A stretch of DNA of 63,985 nt, filler included, from Candidatus Limnocylindrales bacterium (GTDB lineage Bacteria > Moduliflexota > Moduliflexia > Moduliflexales > JAUQPW01): NCBI GenBank assembly GCA_035559535.1. It is 3 parts of 3 records of this genome, joined end to end, with 100 filler letters (N's around TTAATTAATTAA, not from the genome) between each part and the next. Parts side by side here need not be neighbours in the genome. Positions count along the whole stretch, not along the records: positions 28,339 to 47,230 come from DATMBG010000049.1; 2 more parts are not named here. One strand, given 5' to 3'. Position numbers and translations under genes: made by a program. The notes beneath the pieces are model-generated. The model had not been told where the DNA came from. It ran no database searches and saw only the letters and a list, made by a program, of their open reading frames with translations. This document shows, one piece after another, positions 30,455 to 39,110 of this stretch (position 1 is the stretch's first letter; the number at the start of each line of letters is the position of its first letter).

Positions 30455-31012
30455 CTATGGACGAGGTACCTCATACCATAGCGTTACCAGCGGATCGCCA
30501 TCCCGAGCTGTAACCGATATTAACCGTAGGGGAGGGGTTGTGATCGGGCGTGGCAGGAGAGGTGCCCCATTGTCCAGGGTCACGGAAACGATGGTAACAA
30601 TCATCTCGTCGAGTAGACCGTGATCGTAGAACTGGCCGACCAACGCCCCACCACCGACAAGCCATATGTTCTTATCACTTGCCCCTGTGATCATCTGCCA
30701 GTGCACTGGCCTCACGTCCCCACGGGCGAATTCAATGTTGGCACCGTGAATTGTGGGAAGTGTACAGGAAGTTAAGACCCAGACCGGTTGTTCGTAAGGC
30801 CAGGGCTTTGGTTGTTGAGAATTGGGTTGGATATGATGATCCTGGATCCATCAGTAGGTGGTTGCTCCCATGGCAATCGCACCCACTTTGCAGATAAAGG
30901 CTTGATAGTCGGACCCTGTTCCTTCACCGAACTGCAATAACCAGTCGAGGGAATTCTATGGGTTCGAGATAAACCCATCCAGACTGGAGGCAACATAATA
31001 TTGAGTTTTCAC
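30455..31012 (-). pseudogene. Dihydrofolate reductase/RibD C-terminal family pseudogene
   Basis: GTG start with SD AGGAG; YYVASSLDGFI, MGATTY, IWLVGGG.L..QF...GLLDE in one frame broken by in-frame TAG and TGA. Confidence 0.85.
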
Positions 31013-31236
31013 GATCAAATCTCTCCTAAATGTGCTAACGCCTTACGTAACCGGGGCATATAGACCTTTTAAATTACCTGTTCAATTTCTAGTTACCTGA
31101 ATAATTTACTATCCTCCAACCTTTTTGCCAAAGTATGGGGACGATGATCTGGATATTTAGCTTGTCGGTGTACGACTTGCATTCTCGTATTCCTACGTCT
31201 TATTTCACAAACATAGCACTTGATCTCTTCCTTCTG

Positions 31237-31296
31237 GCACAATGCCCAGGTTCAACAACCACACTTTACATAGTTTGTTGCAACGTTTGGTTAGGT
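31237..31296 (-). mobile_element. Degenerate integron attC-like site
   Basis: ACCTAAC-CAAACGTTGCAACAAAC...GTTGTTGAACCTGGGC-ATTGTGC just after a cassette stop codon. Confidence 0.6.
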
Positions 31297-31310
31297 AGCC
31301 GACACCTTGT

Positions 31311-31624
31311 TTACATAAGTTCCGGTTGGGGGTCAGCGCCGGAGGCATCAAGGAAAAATGTGATGACTTCCTCATAAGGAGATGTACCTATGTTCACTGC
31401 GCAATGACAGCATGGTCCGGCTTGTCCCAGTCCGTCATGCTAGAATAGACCGGAACCAGGGTGTGCTCATCGGTATCCTGAAACTCGATGCGGAGTTGTT
31501 CACCGCGCACGGCGACCGTAAAGCGATTGCAGGAGTCCGTGCACCACGGCATCGCCTCACCGGGTTCAAGGGGGAGCCTACGAATCGTAAGATCATCTCG
31601 TTTCGTGATGATTTCCGTTCGCAT
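31311..31624 (-). pseudogene. Frameshifted cupin-like gene (cassette)
   Basis: RRL.LEPGEAMPW...F.V..RG in one frame, continuing as H.AVNIGTSPYEEVITFFLD...PQP in another. Confidence 0.6.
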
Positions 31625-32114
31625 TTTGTGCCCTTTTTACCTCTGGGCAGACTGGTACCTCCACTAGTTTGGGAAGCGGGTGACACGGTGGGTTCACACA
31701 ACAGGGAGGGTAAGCAGAGGCATCAGCTAAGCACTTATCTTCTTGCAAGGTTCTAACTACGAGTAAGATTGCTTGCTTTATACAAGCTCGAACTAAGCCA
31801 GCTGTACCAACTATACATAGGAGACCAACGACCAACATGAGATAACGAGGTTAGCTTTCAAAAACCAAATGAATCGGAATCATGTAAAGGAACGGAAAGC
31901 TCAGTAAAACATATTTAACGCTCTTCGGCCAAATCAGGTGGTGTCGAAGCAGACTTATCGCGGCTAGAATCTACTGGATAACCCAGCAGACATTACTAAT
32001 CTGAATTAATATACTTATTCTGAATCAGACAATAAAATCACAATAAAATAATGATGAAGGTAAGCAATATTACAGCAAGAAACCATAATATTTGTGGTTT
32101 CATTAAGGCTAAGA

Positions 32115-32207
32115 TTCCTAATAAAATACCTGACGCAGACGCACGAGAAAATACTAAACATTCAAGACCATGCCTCGTGCGCGCGTCTGGTTGTATCCTA
32201 TTAGGAA
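32115..32207 (-). mobile_element. attC-like imperfect palindrome
   Basis: TTCCTAATA...GACGC..GCACGAG / CTCGTGC..GCGTC...TATTAGGAA, 40 nt downstream of ORF 32247-32582. Confidence 0.5.
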
Positions 32208-32246
32208 ACAATTAATAAGGGATATCCTTTATCTTATCGAAATCGA

Positions 32247-32582
32247 TCAGCCTGCTTTTTTCATTTCGATATCCCCATCTTTAGTAACGGAAACTTGAAT
32301 GTCTCCTCCAACACCCTTATCAGAGCCGTCTAGGAAAATGATCTCATTGGAGTTACCCTCCCATTGACCATGAATCTTCCAATCAACATCCCATATGTGA
32401 CACATGCCTTTGATAGTGCAGAGGATAAGGGGAAGATCTTTATGCCAAGAAATCCAAAGTCCAGGTTTGGTATTTTCAGTGTGCTTTGCTTTAATCCAAA
32501 AGCTATTTCCGATGTTCTCTGAATTGAAGACGATGATCGAATGGTCAGATTCATTCCTGAAAGTTTTAATGTTAGTAGGCAT
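32247..32582 (-). CDS. Small hypothetical beta-rich protein (probable gene cassette)
   Basis: Strong SD AGGAGG, intact 111-aa ORF, AT-rich, flanked by attC-like sites. Confidence 0.65.
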   Translation of the reverse strand: MPTNIKTFRNESDHSIIVFNSENIGNSFWIKAKHTENTKPGLWISWHKDLPLILCTIKGMCHIWDVDWKIHGQWEGNSNEIIFLDGSDKGVGGDIQVSVTKDGDIEMKKAG

Positions 32583-33071
32583 ATTAACCTCCTAAAAAAG
32601 TTGTTTATCTCATTGGTCAAAGTTCTAAGCTATCCAGATGGGTACTAAGGTGGTGTTGGTATCATATCTCACCCCCCTTCCTCCGAGCATGAACCTAACG
32701 GCGTGATAATTATCTGGAGTGCGAACTGTATTACTTTATTTGGGCAACAACTGGCCTATGCTTTGTTAGTCTAGTTCGGAGTACTTTAAGTTTCTGAAGC
32801 CAGATTGGCTACGAATGGTTCGAGTATTTTGTGGGTCCCGCCTCATGCTGACTAATCCAAAGACTTTGTCCTTAGACGGCATTTAGCTGGCTAATTTTTT
32901 TAGTTTACCCTATACCTCTTTCCAGGGGGAATAAAGCAAAAATAAGTCCTACCCCTAATCTTATCACTGGATAAGGCTATCTAGAAATATTGGGGGCTGA
33001 TTCTACTTAAGGGAAGGCTACTTGTCAAGTAAAAATTGCGAGATCAGCTAAGATCCCTGGGATCAAACCCT

Positions 33072-33788
33072 TCAACCGATCAGGGATAGCCAGGGCTGCC
33101 AACCGCTACACCAACTCACAGCACCGATCAATGCCGCACGATCCTCCATTGTGTCGGTACTCCGGCATTCCCAATGGAATGAGCGGGTATACTGACCTAT
33201 GTGTTCGGTGATGTATTGAACGAGCGTCGGGTGCTCCCTAAGCTTTGCCGTACCGAGGATGAGCTCCTCGTGCAGATGGACTCGACAGCGTGGACGTGTT
33301 TCATCTTGGGCGCAACGTCCACAAACACTCTTACGCCAATAGAAACTTGTCGTTTCAGCGAAAGCTCGTATCTCGGTAAGGTCTCTGCCTTGCTCGAACA
33401 TTTCGCGGGAGGCCATACCACGAGAAGTTGAGCTATAACCTAACTCACACATAAGGCACGGTCCGGTATTCCGGAGGCGGTAGACAACCCGAATTTCTTG
33501 CAGCGGTCCATGGAGGTTGAAGGCAGCAAGCGCACGCTCCGTCAAATCCTCATAGAGAAGAGTAGGCCCTTGCAGGTAACCGTGGCGAAACGCCGCATCT
33601 ACCGACAGGAAGGTAAAGATGTGCCGCTGGCACATCCCCCAGGCTCGACACAACCGCGCCCGCGTATCGGGGACCATGATACTCCCCTGTATAAAGAACC
33701 AGAGGAAGTGAACCTCCCCAGGGGAGGGTCGTAGATCCTCCAGCCGAGACGGCGAACTACCTAAAATGGCACGCGGAGAGATGTCCAT
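33072..33788 (-). CDS. Cys/His-rich hypothetical protein (DUF6062-like)
   Basis: R..L..AWGMC.RH, LY, CLMC, CGRC, C..H pattern suggests metal binding. Confidence 0.6.
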   Translation of the reverse strand: MDISPRAILGSSPSRLEDLRPSPGEVHFLWFFIQGSIMVPDTRARLCRAWGMCQRHIFTFLSVDAAFRHGYLQGPTLLYEDLTERALAAFNLHGPLQEIRVVYRLRNTGPCLMCELGYSSTSRGMASREMFEQGRDLTEIRAFAETTSFYWRKSVCGRCAQDETRPRCRVHLHEELILGTAKLREHPTLVQYITEHIGQYTRSFHWECRSTDTMEDRAALIGAVSWCSGWQPWLSLIG

Positions 33789-33819
33789 TTTTATTTTCCA
33801 GCTTGGGCTCGATTTCTAT

Positions 33820-34080
33820 ACATTTGCGTTCGGAACTGAAGGGAATTTCTTCCAGCCGCGGATACCTGAGTTCTAAATCGGCTAAGGTCCATTCCCCCTT
33901 TTCAGCAGCCACGACTAGGGCTCCTTCTGTGGGATCTCCTTCAATGTCCCAACCCTCTTCTCACTGGACCAGATGGGCGTTATTACAAAGCCCGGCAATG
34001 AGTAGGAGCCGTTTAAGATGGGGATCCGGAGGGGAAAAACTCTTTTGATTCCACCGGAATTCCCCTTGAGGCTCTTACCC
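33820..34080 (-). pseudogene. Fragment of a cation-transporting P-type ATPase (N domain)
   Basis: G*EPQGEF...LCNNAHL.Q*EEGWDIEGDPTEGALVVAAEKG...YPRLEEIPFSSERK with two in-frame stops; not in the ORF track. Confidence 0.8.
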
Positions 34081-34193
34081 CTTTACACGTTCTTAAGTTA
34101 ACCATCTTACTCCTAACCCTCCCTCGTCTTACAAGGAACTTTGACTGCAACGTTCCTTCCCCTGCCGGGGCGAGGGAGGATCAGACTTTCTGT

Positions 34194-34463
34194 TTATTCG
34201 CCTCCCCGCTGGGTAAAGTTTTTTACGAACTCCTCTGCATTTTGCTCCAAAACCTCATCGATTTGATCCATGAGATCTTCCAGATTTTTCTTGATTTCCT
34301 TTCCCTTTTCCGATACGTTTCCACCGGATCTTTCTTCCTTTTCCTTTTGGGGTTCTGTGGGCCTGACAACCCTTTTCTGCTGGTCCACGGTGGCATAGGA
34401 AATTCCCAAAAGTAAATGGGCCTCGGTTTGAAGGGAATCGTGAAATAAATGTTTGAATATCAT
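34194..34463 (-). CDS. pup: Prokaryotic ubiquitin-like protein Pup with a 25-aa N-terminal extension
   Basis: C-terminal DLMDQIDEVLEQNAEEFVKNFTQRGGE is the Pup signature; SD AAAGGAGGT 8 nt before the ATG. Confidence 0.9.
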   Translation of the reverse strand: MIFKHLFHDSLQTEAHLLLGISYATVDQQKRVVRPTEPQKEKEERSGGNVSEKGKEIKKNLEDLMDQIDEVLEQNAEEFVKNFTQRGGE

Positions 34464-34500
34464 CTTAACTTACCTCCTTTCGCCCTTTGAGCCATCTTTG

Positions 34501-34528
34501 GCAGGGGCACGTTGCCACGTGCCCTTAC
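34501..34528. repeat. REP-like palindrome
   Basis: GCAGGGGCACGT-TGCC-ACGTGCCCTTAC, resembling GTAG-type REP hairpins. Confidence 0.5.
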
Positions 34529-34608
34529 TATTTTCTCGCTTTCCTTACGGCTAAAAGGGTCTTGTAAAGCCGGATAAATCCTGCTCTGATTCCAGGTTGT
34601 ACAAGACA

Positions 34609-35778
34609 TCAAATTTTATAAATAACCAGAGCTCCCAGGATACTTAACACCGCCGTATATCCAAAACCTATTGCCGGAGAGACTGTGCTCCATAAAAATC
34701 CTACCACCAGGCTTGAAACAAAGTCCCCAATCCCATTGACAGTAGCTAACATGCCATATCCGGTTCCCCGCACCTCTTCGGGGAGAAGCTCAGCGGCTGT
34801 AGATCCTTCCAGGGCATCTTCCACGGCAATGTAAATCCCTCCTAAAACAAAAAGGATCAGCAAATAGCCGAAGCCCGGCGGAGCCAGGATAAACCCGATA
34901 CCCATAACCCCGGAAAGGAGGTATCCCAAAGCCAGGAGCTCTCGTCGACCCAGTTTATCGCTGAGGGCTCCCACGGGATAGGCCGATAGGGCATAAAGAA
35001 TATTATGGATCACATAAAGGGAAATGGCCAGACTTTCGGCTTTAGCCATTCCATAAATCGGGGTTAGAACCTGGGTGGCCCGTAGGATCAATAAGGTATG
35101 GGCGAAATCTCCCATCCCGAAGATGAAAACGCCTGCTAAAAACAGCTTAAAGCTTCGGGGCGTATCCGTTATGTTCTTGAAAAATTTCATGGCGTGGTTA
35201 GGAGCCCGGGATCTATCCTTGACTAAAAAAGCAATGGCGGCTGCAGAAAGCAGTCCGGGGACCAGGGTTATCACAAAAATAGTCCTTAAACTCAAGTATT
35301 TAATAAAAATAAACGCCAGAAACGGGCCCAACACCGCACCGGCAGTATCCATAGCCCGATGAAATCCAAAGGCGCGGCCATAAGCTTCCGGGGGTACAGA
35401 ATCGGCCAGCATGGCGTCCCGGACCGGTCCTCGCAGCCCTCGACCCATCCAGCCAACTACCCGTCCAATGAGGACGTGCTGCCATAGGGTCGCCAGGGCA
35501 AAGGTTGCTTTAGATACTCCGGTGATTACATACCCGGCCACGGCCAAAGCCTTCCGTTTTCCGATCCGATCGCTGTACCACCCCGACCAGAGCTTGACAA
35601 AGCTCGAGGCTGCGTCGGCTACCCCCTCAATGATACCCAGGGCAGCAGCCGAAGCCCCAATGGTTGCTAGGAACATGGGTAAAATGGCCGTGGCCATTTC
35701 ATGACCGGCATCGCTGAGGAAACTCGCCAACCCCATCCCTAACACATTTCTATTGAACCAGTTCTTCTTCTCTGTCAT
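34609..35778 (-). CDS. MFS transporter
   Basis: About 12 TM helices, G..SDR.GKR motif A, GRAFG.HRAMD, G.LSD..GRR. Confidence 0.9.
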   Translation of the reverse strand: MTEKKNWFNRNVLGMGLASFLSDAGHEMATAILPMFLATIGASAAALGIIEGVADAASSFVKLWSGWYSDRIGKRKALAVAGYVITGVSKATFALATLWQHVLIGRVVGWMGRGLRGPVRDAMLADSVPPEAYGRAFGFHRAMDTAGAVLGPFLAFIFIKYLSLRTIFVITLVPGLLSAAAIAFLVKDRSRAPNHAMKFFKNITDTPRSFKLFLAGVFIFGMGDFAHTLLILRATQVLTPIYGMAKAESLAISLYVIHNILYALSAYPVGALSDKLGRRELLALGYLLSGVMGIGFILAPPGFGYLLILFVLGGIYIAVEDALEGSTAAELLPEEVRGTGYGMLATVNGIGDFVSSLVVGFLWSTVSPAIGFGYTAVLSILGALVIYKI

Positions 35779-36262
35779 ATGCCCTCCCGGGCTCCTTGAG
35801 CGTGAGTAAGGCTTCGCCGGCTAATCCTTTCACATAAGTACTGGGATCCTTGAGCATCCTTTCCAGATCCTCCCGGATCTCCGGATCACCTCTGGTTGCT
35901 AAAGCTCTGACGGCACTCCCACGAACTAAAAAAGAAGGATTATCCAGCAGTTTCGTTAAAACCAGAATGGTTTCTTGATCCCCTATTTTCCCCAAGGCCT
36001 CTGCTATTTCCTCCATTAAAAAATAATCCTTCGTCCCATCCAGAAGATCTAACCGCGGTCCCCTGGCTTCTTGACCCCTCTTTTCTCCAAGAAGATAAAC
36101 CGTACACCTCTGAATCGTCGGGTCCGGATGATGAAGAGCCCGAATGAGCTTCTGGATAGGGCTCTGTCGGTCCAAAGCAGAAAGATCGGCTTTGCAACGA
36201 GGGCATAGAGAGAGATCTTTTGTAAATTCTTCCCAACACGAAGGGCAAAAAAATCTCCTCAT
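35750..36262 (-). CDS. Zinc-ribbon plus HEAT (PBS-lyase-like) repeat protein
   Basis: CPSC..CPRC, then L.HPD...R..LG, AEALGKIGD, VR.SAV.AL repeats; overlaps both neighbours. Confidence 0.8.
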   Translation of the reverse strand: MRRFFCPSCWEEFTKDLSLCPRCKADLSALDRQSPIQKLIRALHHPDPTIQRCTVYLLGEKRGQEARGPRLDLLDGTKDYFLMEEIAEALGKIGDQETILVLTKLLDNPSFLVRGSAVRALATRGDPEIREDLERMLKDPSTYVKGLAGEALLTLKEPGRAYDREEELVQ

Positions 36263-38052
36263 AAGGTTTCTCCCTCCCGGCCTTCCAGGGTCTTTTTTAA
36301 GTTCAGTAGCTTTTTCTTAAGGGTTTGAATCGAGGCTAGTTTTTCATCCAACTCCCTCACCCGCCGTTCCACTTCTCCCTGGCTTTGAACCTTCATTTCC
36401 ATAGCCCTCTTCAAGGCATTTTGAATATTCTCTCGGGTCATCCGAATCTGCCAATCTAATTTATCTTTAAGTTCTCGTACACTACCCTCCATCCGCTCCA
36501 GAAAGTCGTACCGTACCCGCCCCGCGTTCCGGTCCAGCTCGACCGCCACCTTGTTTAACATTTCCCCTAATACGAATTTTCGAAAGTAGGGTTTTGGCAT
36601 CAACAGGGGAACATTATCCAAACCCCATCCCAGCAATTCTTCGGTTTTATAGTATAACCGACTTTGGGAAATTAAGGTTTCCACTCCTTCCAGGTTTTCC
36701 ATGGACAGGTCAAACAGGTTCGCCGAAATTTGCCGAATCTGTTGAACGAGATGGTTTGCTCGGGCCGAAAAACGGGAGGCCATTTTCTCAAAACCCCGCC
36801 GCATTTTCTCATCTTCTGAGGGGAGCCAGGCCTGGAAGGCCTCTTCAATGGATCGATGAAGACAATGATCTAAAGCTTGAACCAGAGCCTTCTTATCGTC
36901 TTTTAAATGGGCTTCATAACACCTTTGAATCGATTCTTTAATGAGGGGCACCTGCTCCAGTTTGAACCACTCCAGGTCCCTATTTAAATCTTCCAGAAGC
37001 TTTTCGACCTCTCCCCGAATAAGTATTTCCATATCTTCCTGCTCTTGCTGAATGATTTGGGATTGGTAGTTGAATTGGTTGATCTTATGCTCCAGATCCA
37101 ACACCGGGGTTTCAACAGCCTTTTTCTCCAGTTTAAAGACCATTTCCGCTTCCCCGACCACCCTTAAACCCTGGTTTAGGGACGATTCTAAGAAGATTTT
37201 TCCTTTACCCTGGAGGAGAAATTGGGATAAGGCTGCCTCAAAACCAGGAAGAAGGCTGGCCTCTATCTTTTCCAGGGAACCTCTTAATTTCCCCTCCAGG
37301 GCCAATTTAGCCGAAATAGGGTAGATCTTCACATCGGAGAGACCCAGATGGGTCTGGATGGCTTTCTTTGAAAATTCCAGGGACTGATCCCTTTCCGACT
37401 CCTCCACCTGATCGATCTTATTCTGGAGAAAGAAAATTTTTCCGATAAACGCTTTAACTTGCTTTAAGAAATCTAATTCTACCTGCGTCAGGGGTGGATC
37501 GACCCCCATTAAAAAAATAGCCGCATCGGCCCGGGGGAGATAGTTCTGGGTAATAACCGTGTTATCCACATAAATAGAACTGATTCCAGGGGTATCCACC
37601 AGGATGACCCCTTCCTGAAGATAGGGAGAAGGATAAAAAACCTCAATCCGTTCCACATTCTTTTCGTTATGGGGATTCCAGGACTCTGTGACATACCCGG
37701 CAATTTCCTCAAAGGGGATCTCTTTCTTGGTCCCTTCCTTAAACCGTACCGTTATTTTCAAGGTCTTCCCGTATCTGATTAACGTAATGATGGAGGTAAG
37801 GGGAATAATGGAAGTGGGTAACAGACTCACCCCCAGAAGGCTGTTAATAAGCGTGGATTTGCCCCGATTGAAATGTCCCAGGATGACCAGGTTAAATTGA
37901 TCCTCCCGGAGTTTCAAGATCAAGGCCTGAAGATCCGTTTCAATCTTTGAATACCCTCCCCCACCCAGGAGTCCTCGAAGAACTTCCAGGTCGGTCAGGA
38001 TGGATTCTTTAAGCGTTGTATAATTGCCAAGGAGAATGGACATATCCCTCAT
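36259..38052 (-). CDS. Bacterial dynamin-like GTPase
   Basis: G1 GHFNRGKST, G2 P.T, G3 DTPG, G4 NKID, ISA, long helical stalk. Confidence 0.9.
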   Translation of the reverse strand: MRDMSILLGNYTTLKESILTDLEVLRGLLGGGGYSKIETDLQALILKLREDQFNLVILGHFNRGKSTLINSLLGVSLLPTSIIPLTSIITLIRYGKTLKITVRFKEGTKKEIPFEEIAGYVTESWNPHNEKNVERIEVFYPSPYLQEGVILVDTPGISSIYVDNTVITQNYLPRADAAIFLMGVDPPLTQVELDFLKQVKAFIGKIFFLQNKIDQVEESERDQSLEFSKKAIQTHLGLSDVKIYPISAKLALEGKLRGSLEKIEASLLPGFEAALSQFLLQGKGKIFLESSLNQGLRVVGEAEMVFKLEKKAVETPVLDLEHKINQFNYQSQIIQQEQEDMEILIRGEVEKLLEDLNRDLEWFKLEQVPLIKESIQRCYEAHLKDDKKALVQALDHCLHRSIEEAFQAWLPSEDEKMRRGFEKMASRFSARANHLVQQIRQISANLFDLSMENLEGVETLISQSRLYYKTEELLGWGLDNVPLLMPKPYFRKFVLGEMLNKVAVELDRNAGRVRYDFLERMEGSVRELKDKLDWQIRMTRENIQNALKRAMEMKVQSQGEVERRVRELDEKLASIQTLKKKLLNLKKTLEGREGETL

Positions 38053-38163
38053 CGAAGTTGAAACATCGCCCTGTTCTGAAATAGACCCGGACAGTCTTTT
38101 TCTTGAAAGGAATCGTAAGCCAGCCCAGGGAACCGTTTTCCCTGTTCCGGTTATTTACCCTGC

Positions 38164-38199
38164 AAAAAAAAACCCTACCTGGGGTTTTTCCAGGTAGGG
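38164..38199 (-). terminator. Intrinsic terminator T2 in the riboswitch leader
   Basis: CCCTACCTGG-loop-CCAGGTAGGG (10 bp) followed by T9 on the minus strand. Confidence 0.85.
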
Positions 38200-38203
38200 G
38201 ATT

Positions 38204-38281
38204 AAAAAATATAACTCCTACCTTCAACCCGGTAAACTTTGAATACAAAAGAAACTTTCTCGGATCGAATGTAGGAGTTAT
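38204..38281 (-). terminator. Riboswitch expression-platform hairpin T1 overlapping the aptamer 3' end
   Basis: ATAACTCCTAC (38281-38271) pairs with GTAGGAGTTAT (38221-38211), followed by ATTTTTT. Confidence 0.7.
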
Positions 38282-38327
38282 CAGCCGTTTTAATCTCCAA
38301 CGGCGGTTCTGGTGAACTCCATCACCT
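38271..38327 (-). ncRNA. Fluoride riboswitch (crcB motif)
   Basis: GGTGATGGAGTTCACC-AGAACCGCCGTT...AACGGCTGATAACTCCTAC matches the GGnGAUGGnGUUCnCC..AACCGC..GCUGAUrACUCCUAC consensus. Confidence 0.92.
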
Positions 38328-38334
38328 AAAAATT

Positions 38335-38363
38335 AAAATAGTATGCAGCCTCCCAAATGTCAA
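38335..38363 (-). promoter_or_regulatory. Sigma70-type promoter driving the fluoride riboswitch leader
   Basis: TTGACA-17 nt-TATTTT, placing +1 at about 38328, the aptamer 5' end. Confidence 0.8.
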
Positions 38364-38429
38364 ATTAAAATTAAAGCCTGTAACAAAAAAGTCTTGTTTA
38401 ATTCGTTTAACTCTGATAAAAACCTATCT

Positions 38430-39110
38430 ATGCGGAAAAAATATCTTCTTTTTATAGTTCTGTTTTTCTGGATCATTCTCTTCGGACTTTGGGGGTTCCG
38501 ACTCTATTTTCGGAGGCCTTTTCAGGTGGTTATGTGTGCCGGGGATAGTATTACGGCTGAAGCTTATCCCACCTATTTGCAGGAAAGATTAAATCAAGCG
38601 GGAATCCGGATAAAAGTTGTCAATAAAGGGGTTAAAGGAAATACGTCGGGAGAATATTTAAGATATCTTACCTCTCACCCGGTACTTCAAGAAGTAAATC
38701 CCCATATCGTCCTGCTTCAGTTAGGTACCAATGATGTAAGAATCGATGGGGATCATACCCCAACCGATCAATTTGTCAATAACCTGAATAAAATTATTGA
38801 TCTCATTCAGAATTATACAGGTCCCCAGGGTCAGCGGCCTAAAATCTTACTGGCTACCGTACCGCCTCTTGTAATCGACGAGAATCATCGCCGGGTTTTC
38901 AACCAGGATTCCCAACGTCGAATCGTCGAGGAAATCAATCCGGCCATTAAAAAAATTGCGAAGTCTCGGGGATTGGCCTTATTGGATCTATATCAGCTTT
39001 TTCAAGAGCATCCTGAGTTTTTAACCGGGGTTCATCCGACGCAGGAGGGATACAAGGCCATGGCAGAGGCCTGGTTTAATCAGCTAAGCCCCCTGGTGAG
39101 CTCTTATTGA
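38430..39110 (+). CDS. SGNH/GDSL hydrolase with N-terminal membrane anchor
   Basis: GDSIT, N.GV.G, LGTND, GVHP...GY; likely start ATG 38430. Confidence 0.85.
   Translation: MRKKYLLFIVLFFWIILFGLWGFRLYFRRPFQVVMCAGDSITAEAYPTYLQERLNQAGIRIKVVNKGVKGNTSGEYLRYLTSHPVLQEVNPHIVLLQLGTNDVRIDGDHTPTDQFVNNLNKIIDLIQNYTGPQGQRPKILLATVPPLVIDENHRRVFNQDSQRRIVEEINPAIKKIAKSRGLALLDLYQLFQEHPEFLTGVHPTQEGYKAMAEAWFNQLSPLVSSY

Noticed and set aside
30455-34080. Selenocysteine or stop-codon recoding in the DHFR-like and ATPase frames
   Set aside because: The stops are of mixed types at non-Cys positions in a decayed region; pseudogenisation is simpler
34194-34463. UBact rather than Pup
   Set aside because: The D.IDEVLE.NAEEFV..F.Q.GGE tail is Pup-type, not the UBact YRQRTGE-type tail
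38009-38429. ORFs 38009-38248 and 38103-38315, and the 38343 extension of the GDSL gene
   Set aside because: They overlap the riboswitch, terminators and promoter and have no protein-like features
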